DNA of 33,487 nucleotides from Catajapyx aquilonaris (taxonomy: Eukaryota): positions 62,001-95,487 of the forward strand of contig KZ538234.1 in the NCBI GenBank assembly GCA_000934665.2. Direction: 5' to 3'. Below are positions 11,654 through 22,800 of the stretch, one piece after another. A program made the translations under genes and the position numbers. Within the stretch, counting starts at the first letter, position 1; every line of letters starts with the position of its first letter. The notes under the pieces were generated by a model. That model saw only the letters and a list, made by a program, of their open reading frames with translations, ran no database searches and was not told where the DNA came from.

Positions 11654-14338
11654 CAGAGTCATTCACCTGGTATCATTACATGGATCCGCATATGCAGATT
11701 ACTGCCGCCTAATCTGAGTTTATAACTGACTCCAGGCGATGCAATTAACCGAATTGGTCGACAGTACCTGATGACGCGGGTAACTATAGGTGATCCGTTT
11801 AGAAGACACAATTTCCAGTCGCCTTGAACCGTCGTAATATGCGCAAGATGAGCTCGAAAGAGGCGGGTGAAGTAGTATAAAAAAAATGAAAGGGGTGCAA
11901 AAATCCTTCGTACGTGTAATGCGGCGATTTCCCGCTCTGATATGAGATTTACGACCATAAAATAAGTGGACGCTGTTTCCATAGCCTCTGGGTATCGCGC
12001 AAAAAAAAAGTGACTCAGACCTTAGCTCCTACCTATATGAAGGTGACACCGATTTATTATTCTTCGAATTTTTTATATTAAAAAAATGTTTTGTTTGTGG
12101 AATTTGCAACGTTGGATAAGAAGTAATGATCCGTGACTAAAATGAGTCGTGTTTGCGCCCCACCCAAAAAAGTTTCCCGACACCTTGACCCTGATTTTGG
12201 GTCGAGTCAGGGGAGCCAGCTGGTCGCCTCTTGACCAGGAAGAACTAGAAACGAGTCTCAGGAAACCAGTTCTCCCATTTGGCGCTACGGAAGCACCTAG
12301 GCTTCCACTTCCCAATTTTTAAGGTCAATCCCACCATTCTGGGAACCGTGCTGGTTACAGGCGCAAGCAAAAGTCCTTGCATAAATCTTACGCAATTAAT
12401 CCATACTTCAGGAAAAAAAGGCCTATATCTGATAAAATACGTGCAAAAAAGGAGTGGCAATGTAAGGGGAATTCTGATAAGCAAATGAGCTGTGACCTTT
12501 TGCTCCCACTGTCACCTGCCCAAGGCCAAGGACCAAGATCTGGCAACTACGCCACGGCTTCAGGAGCGATATTTTTCAATGACGTCATCCGAGAATTAAC
12601 CCCCCCCTCTTTCACAACACCATTGCATTGCCTTAAATTTAGCGGATTTTCAGTCGTGTCTTGGGATTTCACTTCTGATTGCAGGCTTCTTGGAAAACAG
12701 AAGAGAGGTAACCTACTTCGAATACCAGTCATTACGGTATTTAATATTTATCCGTGAAATTGGTAAGAAAGGAATGTAATTGTAGGCAACCGGTGAAATT
12801 TATGCTCGAAGCCTTCAGTGTTTGTCTTAGACTTTTGGTTTTATCATCTGCAACTCTGTCTGGACAAATAGTTATTGGCATACATTTCAACCTCAACTCA
12901 TTATATCATATACCATATCATTGATTGACCCAAATTTCAGTTATACGTTCCTAATAACTCCACCGTGAAACTTAAAATTCCTCCAGGCAAATCACCTGTT
13001 GTTGCGCGATTAGAGATTATCAGTGCATGAAAGGAAATAACTCAACACATGCATTTACTGCCATTGGCTGAACATGTAATACCTCCCACAAAATAGCAAA
13101 CTATACACAAGATATGTGGTGGCATTTCAGTCCTCCGACAGTTGAACTTCTCACTTTCCAACCCGGACGCACATTTACCTACAGATAATATTACGTCATC
13201 TGTGGAGGCTATACCTGACATTTCATGCTGGAATGAGAAAAAATGAGTTTGCTGAAAGTAGTGGACAGTGTAAAAGTTGATGAATGAGATCTGTTAAATT
13301 TACGGTTAGGACAGCCTGAACCGAAGGTCTAATTGGAGTCCTAGTAGGAGGCAGAGGTGGCTCGCGTGATGTTTCTGTGATGCTGTCCTGGTATAAGGAA
13401 CGGAGCCCCCTCCGATGCCACCGAGATAGCAGCCAGCAAATTCCTCCTTGCATGTCCACCTCACCCAAAATGTATGAGGCAGGAGGTGGGGGAGACACAT
13501 ATATTCACCTTAATTTATCATCTGCAGCTGCACTTCAGTGTTAATCCCAAAATTTATTGCCCCCTTCTAATAATTATTCCTACTTATTTCCCACGATCTA
13601 CCCCTTATGTGCTCCCAAAAAGCTACTAGCCCAAAAAAGTGTAGGTGCTGACACTTCGCCTCAACATGCACAGCGATTGTTTCGGCATTTTGAAACCGTA
13701 TAATTATTCCCGACTTCACTGACGGGTCACGTGTATTCACATGTTCGCGGACGAAGACTCCGAGTCTCCGTTTCCACCAGGGAAATAAACCAGGACTGCC
13801 TGTCACATAAATCGGTTTTGGACCTGTACCCAGCCTTCTCCGTACCGTGTTTACACCGGGAGTTTGGCAGAGAAAGGTCAAATGACCTCGGTTCTGAGAT
13901 CAGTTCTTCCACAGAGATGCCCAAAGCATGCTGTTGGTACGTGATGTTGGGGGGAAGTAAGGCTTGAGGGTTGGGATAGAGAGACATCATGTAACTTTAT
14001 CAACGTCTGCCAGCTGACGAGTAATCGAACCAGTTTCGGAGGTCACACCAAGCACATCTTGTTCGCAAGCTTCATTACCGTTTCGCAAAGAGACGTAATT
14101 CGCACTATATGCGGCTAATTCGAAAGAACGACTGGGCTGCACCTTGCACCTGTAGGTCGACCTGCCTGCAAATGTGCAAGGTATAATTAATGACACCACG
14201 CCCATTGGTGAATGCCAAGGGTATGGCATGCAGGCCCTAGACTTTTGTTCCCTGACCTTATCGGGATCCTGCAATCGGTTTCTGCTCCGATGGAGTCGGA
14301 TAAAATCTGGAAGCGGACCGATCAGCTGATGACCCAGA

Positions 14339-15535
14339 CCGCCATGTTGGAACAGTCACGACATTGGTGTCTGGAAACGGAACCGCGGCCATAATCCGAT
14401 CATGCCAAACGTGACAATAGACCCATCACACTCGCCAAGGCCATCGCCACGTGACTCCGGTCATAGCAATGACTTGGAAATATTTCGTGTGCGAACGAAA
14501 CGGAAAAGAGAGCCTGGAGAGCGTTTCAAAGGCCCCCTTCACGAATTATTATTGGCTTCGACCATGAAGTCAAATTAATCTTAGTTGACGGGCAGTTTCA
14601 AGGGCCCTCAGCACACGACAATACCGTTCACATGTGCAAACTGGCAACGCCGCCCTTTCATTTACTGCCGTTCTGAGTCTAATTGCAGGACCTATCACTC
14701 CAAAATTGGACACGCTGCTTTAAACCCCGTATAAACCGAACAAAAAAAATAACAGCTATCTAACTATTCGTGAAATTATGCGCGCCTGGCACACTGCAAC
14801 AATGGGCGCGGTCCGAATGCCGAAAATAATTGCATGACGACATTGACATACCCCCGATAACCAATGACGTCACTGAAGAGTCGAGCCCTCCTTTTCTTAT
14901 TCTCTCTTTTTTTTAAATCCGAGACCTGAAATTCATTGTCCTTTAAATCTGTCAGGTCGTACCTTGTCAAGCCCGACCCGATTTTCCAGCTGGAAGATTT
15001 GGTTCCGAGTTGACAAGATGACTCGTGACAACCCGCAAAAAAAGAGTCCGATTGGCGCCTAGACATTGGTTGGAAGGCAAAATGGCGGCCGCTAACCAGG
15101 AAACCGTTTTGCGGTCGGGTCACCGGTTCAACACCTGACCATCCCTGACCACCACCAGTCGGACCCACTTCCTCGCAGTCCCGACCTGACCTCTAGCTCG
15201 CCATACATTCCACCTGAGAGGTCATGAGCAGAAATGGCCGCCGGATAAGTAAGTGTAGGCTACATCCACAAAGAAAAGGTGAGGATGGAAAAAGAAGAAA
15301 GAAAAAGAAGAAATCCTATTCCAGCAAAGGTTTTTTAATCTGCGCAGGAAACATTCATCGTGGCCGCTCCTCATTGCAACGCCCACTTTGGGACAAATGT
15401 AACAAGGCCCGGGTCCCATTTTTCGCCTTGTCCTTCACACCGCCGCGCCGCCCCAAACCTCCGCCTACCGCATTTATAATCGACGCAATCCTGCAGCTGA
15501 GTCACGCAACTTATTGCCTTCTACCCGCCATTTTG
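14339..15535. promoter_or_regulatory. Cluster of three exact YY1/Pho sites (14339-14349, 15078-15088, 15525-15535) plus CCAAT-CRE at 14861-14872
   Basis: CCGCCATGTTG, CAAAATGGCGG and CCGCCATTTTG; also AAATGGCCG near 15232 and CCAATGACGTCA. Confidence 0.5.
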
Positions 15536-16305
15536 GACTCTTCCATTGCCCGCCCCTACCACCTCATAACACCTCGCTGATGACTTTCTACTCTTTCTAT
15601 TTACGAACTCTCTTTGTAGGATCCCCCCGGAAAGAGCAGCGTCAGGTGTAAACTTTGTGTGCATATAAAAAAATTATATGCTGCCCATCACCCTGCAGCG
15701 TAATCGTTGTTTTGCCACCTGCAATAACAGTACTGTCGATATTGTGCCAATAGACATTTTGCATAAAAGCAGTGTGGAGAAATGAGCATGGCACAATGAA
15801 GAGGTTAATATCCGCCTTTCCCATATAAAGGGTGTTAAAAATTCATTTGCTTTGGTTCACAATGAACGTAATTAGCCAACTATTGCCTATTTCGATCAAG
15901 ATTACTCACGTTCACAGGTAATTATAATAATCAACACTATATACATCCTATATTCGTGTAAATTGAGAACAATAGCAGACGAATTGCAAAAAATAATAAT
16001 TTCAATGTACATTTTGTTCAGAATATGAATTGTGGCCCACCTCCTTAAAATTAGGCATATTTCTAGATCCCCCCTTTTCCCCACCCATGATGCACGTGTG
16101 GCACTCTGCTTAGGGTCGCTTTGACACGCTATTGAGCCTGTTCATACCATCGAGGCAGATAGATGCAGCCAATCTCTCTGCGAGCATGCACACAACGAGA
16201 CCTTTGAGGCAGGAAAACAAAGCTGCAGGGTCAACAACCGTCCCACTGTAAGTTTCTACCATTGGTCTTGCAAGCCGCGCCATCACGGTTAAAGAAGGAA
16301 AAAAA

Positions 16306-16355
16306 TGGGGGGGAGAGATAGAGAAGGAGGAGAGGGAGAGGGAGAGAAAGAGAGG
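16306..16355. repeat. GA-rich low-complexity tract (several GAGAG)
   Basis: gggggggagagatagagaaggaggagagggagagggagagaaagagagg. Confidence 0.7.
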
Positions 16356-17218
16356 CTTGGCTAAAAGGGTGTCAACGTTCTGGAGGATCCGAGGAACTCA
16401 GGTTCAAGGCTACACTCTTTGCCTCCTTCTCAGCCAAGCCAGCCCACGGATAATTAGCTCTCGCTGGGATCCACATCAGAAACGCAGCACCATGCTGACT
16501 GACGCTCAGGCTCAGGGACAGGCAGGCAGGTCACTCGAGGAGGTCATGGGTCATTTCAATTCGCACCATCTCACGCGATTACTCTATCAGTCGGTTGGGA
16601 CGAAGAAATGTCTTTATAGCAATATGGTGGTACATCGATCCTAATTACGCCAAAAAAGTACAGTAAGTACCACCACTTACACGCATGACCAACTCGTCAA
16701 TTATGAATATCAGATTATTGCAGCTACATTAGGAGGGTTAAAGAACGGAAACAGCCATCATTACGTTCCCAGGGCCATTCATAGCCAGAGAAAAAGCCAT
16801 CGTTTTATGGTTTTATATCCCCCCCCCCCCTCCTCCTTCCTCCCCTCCTTCCCTCGAAGATGTTTCTCTGCATCAGTTTTACAACCACCCCCCCTGCTCC
16901 TGGCACCACTTAATTGGGGCGGTGCACGTTTTTTGGAGGGTGATTTCTTCACCTGCCACCTGTCTATTTCTGGGCGCTCGACTGTTACCGAAGAATGCCA
17001 GTTAATTGTTAGTGTTGGTGCCCAATGGCTCCTGCGCAAGGAGGCTAAACCCAGATCACGCGCCGCATTTTTTTTTTTAAATAAATTTCGCCACGCCCCA
17101 AATGGCTGCGAGATTGACCCTGAATACATTAAGCGGAATTAGAAGGCAATTCGGTGTCCCGTGACAAGGGCACGGACCGCACCCTAAAAACGGAGCCTCG
17201 AAGGGCAAGAACTCTTAC

Positions 17219-17260
17219 CTTGTCATCGACGTAGACGTCTCTAGCACCGTCGATCGGCTG
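17219..17260 (-). CDS. 42-nt internal exon of an unidentified - strand gene (QPIDGARDVYVDDK in phase 0, or SRSTVLETSTSMT in phase 2)
   Basis: On the - strand: tttgttttcttctttttCAG|CAG acceptor (NAGNAG) and AAG|GTAAGA donor, both near consensus. Length is a multiple of 3. It could also be partly UTR. Confidence 0.6.
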
Positions 17261-18481
17261 CTGAAAAAGAAGAAAACAAACTGTGTCAAGCAATACCTAG
17301 GGACATAATCTTCAAAAGGTGGAGGCTCGCTTTTTTTATGACTATGCAAGGAGATAAGTATCATAAAGGAGGGGGGTAGTGGGAGGAAGAGAAGAGGGGG
17401 GTGCTGCAAGCGTTGTTATTTGTGGGCTTGGGAATCCCCGCCATGGCAACTATTCCTTTAATGGCGCCAGCAGGTGGTTGCCATAAGCTCGAATGGAAGC
17501 CATGGCTTCTTCGTCTTCGTCAGCAGGGATTGTTGCTTGATTCATGGCCACTTTGGGCCAACTGCAGAGTCACCTTCTAGCTAGATGGGGGGGTAAGGTA
17601 GTTTTCCGAATAGTTCGATCGTGAGATGTTGTGCATATTTTGATTTGGAACAAAGACCTTGAGGATGCAGCAAGGTCAGGCTTCACTCAATCTCAAGTCT
17701 CGTGGTGGACCGAACAAAGAAAGTGGAAATGTGCGCGGATGACTAGTGTTTCTCACCTCGTGGCACTTACCCGGCTCGAGGTTCATTGCGCTCTATGTAA
17801 GCGAATAACAAATAAGCGGTATGAGTCAATCTCTATAAATTAATATGTATGCAAATATAGCGTTCACCGCAATGAGCAGCGTGGGAAAGCAGGGGCGGAG
17901 GGAAAAAGAAGAGTGAACAGCTGGGAATCTTCCAACATTGCGTGATGTCCATTCCACTCTAGTGTTATTTCACCCCTTTTTGCCCTCAGGGTAGGCAATT
18001 GATTCGGCTGAGATGATACTTCCGGCGTTTACAATTGCCCCGATAGCTCCGGAGTCAACACGATAGCCTCTCAGTCCATCATTGAAGTCTCTAAACATTC
18101 TGTTTGCATGCGCGCGTTCAAGTCTCTTCAACTGAAACCTCAGCATGGGTGGGGTTGCTGCCAGAGGGCAACAGCACACCATATGTTCACATAACATATT
18201 AGACACCTAAAAATAATGAGTATGTTCGACCGTTGTTATTTGGATGACTCAAATGATGTCAGGATGGTGTCGCCTGATTTCAATGAAGAGGAGTGTTGAC
18301 CAGTGGTTGGTTGGAAGGTAACAGTGGTTGTTGCAATGTTGTGAACGAGACGTGGAGGAAGAAGAATGAATGCAGAGGCAGAAAGGAAGCGAGGAGACCT
18401 TGAGAAGGCAGTCTGGACGAGGTTTTCCGTTCGGGTTCGTTCTCTTTTCCATCCCGGTCGAGTACAGGGGTACAAGTCAGG

Positions 18482-18546
18482 GGTAGGTAGGTAGGAGCTA
18501 GCGTAGTAAGGTGGGGGAGGGAGTAAAGGTAGGTAGGTAGGTAGGT
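18482..18546. repeat. Interrupted (GGTA)n tetranucleotide repeat in a purine-rich tract
   Basis: ggtaggtaggtagg ... ggtaggtaggtaggtaggt. Confidence 0.8.
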
Positions 18547-19359
18547 GGGGAGGGTGGCGGCGTCTGGCAGCAACACTGAACAGGTTTGTCAACTTTCAAC
18601 TACAGTTAGGCGGAAGGAAGACGGAAGAAAATAGGGAAGGAGGGGGGGAAGGAGTGAAACGTCATCGTCGGACGTCATCGTTCATTGAAGCTTTTCAAGC
18701 CTCTGTTTGGGACGGTTCGACCTTCTCTTCTTACTCAACCGACCTGCAGTCTGGAATATAAGGACCAGTGTATGACGTCACACGGCCCACTCCGGCCTCA
18801 AAAGTCCACATCACATGCATGACTACCTCTCGAAAATTCACCTCCGACTGTTACAGTGATCCACTTGCAGGACACGAAGCCATCATCCCCAACAATACAT
18901 GCCTGCAGCCAATCTCAAGGTGGAGAAGAAGAAAAGCGGTAACTGCTTGACCATAATTTCCGCGGTTTATCGCGGCTGTAATTTATGGTTTGGTAATAAA
19001 TAACCACACAGAGCGACGATACCGTTACAGCACGGATGTGCTGTACAGTTGCAAAAATTTTCGATGATCGCTACAACGCTAATTGCATGGGAGGACCGAC
19101 CGAGCGTAACATGTATCAATTCGTGTCTAGTCCGGATTTTCCGGGTGAGCACAATTTTTCTGGGGTCCTTCTAGGGTCCCTTTGAAGTTGGATCCATCCG
19201 GAGCGTGATGATCCGAGGGTTCTTTTGTCCCAACTTTACAAACGGTCGCGTCTTTTTGGCCGATAATTCCCCTTCCGCGGAGGTAGAAAAGAATCCGATC
19301 AGTTAGGGCATCAGTCGAATGTCGAAGAGGGCCATTGTGCGGGTGTGTTGAAGAGGACA

Positions 19360-19890
19360 TTGGACCATGGCCTGCGGGTAGGGCGCGGTCTTTCTTAGTG
19401 CTGGATCAGCAGATAAGAAGGGGGTGGCGCCATTGTCCTCTCTAGACTCCTCTTACTCTTAGTCACAAGTACAAGTGTTGTGCACGTACTCGTCTGCCAT
19501 ACACTACGTCCACATCCGCTTCTCAAGGACCACTCGCCACTCCTATACCCCATCTCCACTGACAACATCACGCATCTTGCCATTTTATTAGCGTCTAATT
19601 CTGTTACTTTTCCCTAGCTAAAAATGGCCGTTTACAACCCTCTTGCCAACAAAAGGCAAGATGGCGCCATTATTCTCACTTCAATTTCAAAATGTGTTAA
19701 AAAAATATTTCGAAAGAGCGCCGTACCCTTGCAGCAAGCGAAGTCACCACCGGCACAATTTACAGACACGACGTACCACAACAACAACAAACCGTCTGCC
19801 AAACAAGATGCCGACCAAACCCATTAAAATGTCCGGCGGGCTGACATGGAAAACGATGTGTCGAGCCATCTTGGCAAAATGGAGGATAAG
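19360..19890. promoter_or_regulatory. GCCAT/ATGGC (Pho/YY1 core) cluster, PRE-like
   Basis: About 8 cores in about 530 bp, including AAAATGGCCG, CAAGATGGCGCC, GCCATTTT and GCCATCTTG. About 1 would be expected from composition. Confidence 0.45.
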
Positions 19891-22800
19891 TACAAACAAA
19901 GCATCGAACAGGAGCGGTCCTAAGTGCCGGCGTGAGGCGATCATAAACGTAATTACGTTTAATGGTCGGGCCTGAGATGCGAGTGTTTTGCAGTCAACGT
20001 GCTTGTGCTTTTTTTTTGCTAGACCTGGTTCTTAAAAAAATTGCAATTATTGCAGAATTTGGCCTCGGGTCGATTTATGTAAGACGGCAGGTTAATTCCT
20101 CCGGTTGATCGCCACCTAACTGACAGGGTTTAATCTCCTTTGTGACATTAGACACGCCCTGTTTTCCCCAGGAGATTGCATCGCATTATACCTTCCATAA
20201 TCGCACTTTAGTCGATGCAAATTGCGAGCAGAAATGCTGTTAATAATCACGTTGGGAAATGTAGGCAAGGAAATTATTTTTTGCGGCACGAAACACTTGA
20301 CAGGGTAAATGGTAATTTTCTTCGCATCCACCTTGACTTTGGCAACATGGAACCATGGCCTAACCGCGGGACGCTACCCGTATTACAGTTAATCCAAAAT
20401 AATGTCGGACACACTCGAAGTTGCTGTCACATAATTCGTGCAGAGTCCGAGGCTTTTGTGCAAAACTCACCTAGAATTGCCAATAATTTAGGACCGGATT
20501 TGCAACTCTTTTTCTTTTTCTTACCAGACCTGCGCTTTCTGAAATGTGTGTCTCACGTGCGACGATCACGAGCAAGGAGTTTGTGTCAACATAGTTCAAC
20601 AGCGAGTAGTTGTAATACTTGGTATATCAATTCCCATCATCTGCTGGAACCAATGCCGAAGACCTTGTTGTGACAAAGTAACGGGATTGCCAAGTCCTTC
20701 GAATTGGCAGCACAGAATCTCTGATGGCAATGAAGAAGCAGAAGCCGCAGAAGCCAAGAAAGGTTGCGGTCGGCAGGGGGAATATTATGTGTTTGGTCAA
20801 GCCAGACAAGTAGTCTTATTCGGAAGGGGGTGGGAGTAAGGTTTGCTCAGGCATTAACGCTGGATGGGAGGCAGCAGGCGAATGTATATATACGTATGTC
20901 CCTTAGAGGCCTCTCTCAAGGTCCCAAACCTATTCACAGCCTCCTTAGGACATTGTACCCTACAACCAGTGGGTGGTTGCTGACTCCTGGATGTGTGTGT
21001 ATATATTATGTGTGTACGTATTCATCCCTCTCTTTCAATCATATTGAATATATACTAGCTGCATTGATGGGTATTGTCTGTCTAAAGTACAGGAGCTCAA
21101 AGGGCGTAGGCAAGAATTGAACTGTTTTGTCAAGTACAATGTGAAACAAAATGATGGGTCAAAAATATTTTATGCCTGTACTTGTACCCTGGATTCATTT
21201 AATAGATATATCTCCCATGAGATGACAATGGCACCAGCAAGGTTCAAGGTATTTGCAGTCGTGCTTCATCTTTTTAACACCTTCAGCCCTTCCTCCGAAC
21301 TTATCCCTAGGCCGCACCTTTCTCGCAATAGTGTGATGAATAAGTTTTCAGCAATATTGAGTAGTCACATAACAGTAGAGTTAACTCACATACACAACGG
21401 TTCAACCAAGTTTTGCACCCTTCTTCCCATTCTATAGTCTAAAGATTGAGCAAAAAAAACTGTTCTTAAATGCAGGTTCAAATAACCTTCTAAGCCTGTG
21501 CTTACAACCAAACCTACACATTATCCAGCCTTAAAACTGTGTAATTTGAACTTCATCAGAATGACGACCGGCCTTCAGATGGCCATACTTTCATTAACCC
21601 CTTCCTCGGGCCGACTTTTAATTGCAATTTGGTACACTAGTAATGAGCCTAATGATCCCGGATGACGAATTCAGGCTGCCCTCTGCGGGCCTGAAAAACA
21701 TTTAACCCCCACCAAACAACACACACATGGTGGGGATTGCGTGCTCGCCATTTTCCCTTTCACCACCAGACCAATTATCTCGCTCAGGCTATCTTTCCTT
21801 CTCAAATTCTTACAAAGTGGTAATCACGAGCCAGGCTAGGAATTTATTAAAATGCACCTCAAGACGTCACAAGCCTTCAACTGCACTGTTTAAAAAATAT
21901 ATATGCGAGCCACCCTATTGGCCACAAACACCCTTATACCCATACAGAAATGTAACATAATGAACATAATAGAAAATTCGTGTGAAACTCTATCCCTAGT
22001 GTGGTAGAAAGAGATAGAAAAAAGGGAAGTTGCGAGGTAAGATTTGTGAGCATTCTTGGTTCGCCCACGTGCTCCTGTAACCCGTTCGTTGACCTTAACC
22101 TGAGGCTGGCCACACCCACATTTGACCACTCGGACCGATCGTCCCTGGGGCACTATTCCGTCATTTGCATCAGAAACCAATAGTAATACATATCCACATC
22201 ACCCTCCATTTCTTCGCCCTTTGTTACCAACACCAATTTCAATTTACGATGCACGCTGGGCAAAAATTACACAGTGTGGGCATCGGCAATTTTTCACCTC
22301 TCCGTCTCTAAAGACAAGAGAAGAATGGACTCACCTAAATGCAATTCCCATGTTGTGCGCATCTATTTTGTATTGCACTACCTCGTTTGCAAATGTTGAA
22401 AAGTGTAAATTCAACATGACGATATGACTGCCTCGAGCATGACCTGCACAACATGCGATGTTGTAGCAAAAAAACAGTCTACAACGTCAATCACCCATCG
22501 ATGTGATATCACTGGGTGTTATCAAACTACATCAGAGTTCATGGTGTTGAAAACAAGATTCAGTCAAAGGCCCTAAAGCATATCATGGGGTAGCCGATAA
22601 TAATAATTATTATTATTATAGTGCAATATTATTTTCAAACGTATATTTGTCGAAAAACGTCACTTTATTAAGTGCACAAACAAGCCAGTGCGGTCAGTAA
22701 AGCATAGCAGTATGGGTAAATTACTGCATAGCTATAAAACATGTATAAAAGTTGCAAAAGTAACTTTACATTAGATTTCGCAATTTACCAAAAACCAAAT

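Noticed and set aside
14207..14219. GGTGAATGCCAAG matches the 3' half of miR-124
   Set aside because: The seed (TAAGGCAC) is absent and I see no star arm or hairpin.
13987..14274. YPWH motif resembling a Hox hexapeptide
   Set aside because: Lies in an otherwise random-looking ORF; no homeobox (WFQNRR) seen by eye in the window.
17333..17349. - strand TTGCATAGTCATAAAA resembles the 5' part of miR-153
   Set aside because: The 3' end diverges and the local pairing is only about 8 bp, too short for a pre-miRNA.
17970..18206. 78-codon - strand ORF starting right after a ttttTAG acceptor, in phase with the ATG at 28258
   Set aside because: No recognisable protein, weak donor, and length within chance range.
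21594..21710. TTAACCC piggyBac-like ends
   Set aside because: No matching inverted terminus and no transposase ORF.
22597..22616. 20-bp perfect AT palindrome
   Set aside because: Simple (ATA)n/(TAT)n junction of low complexity.
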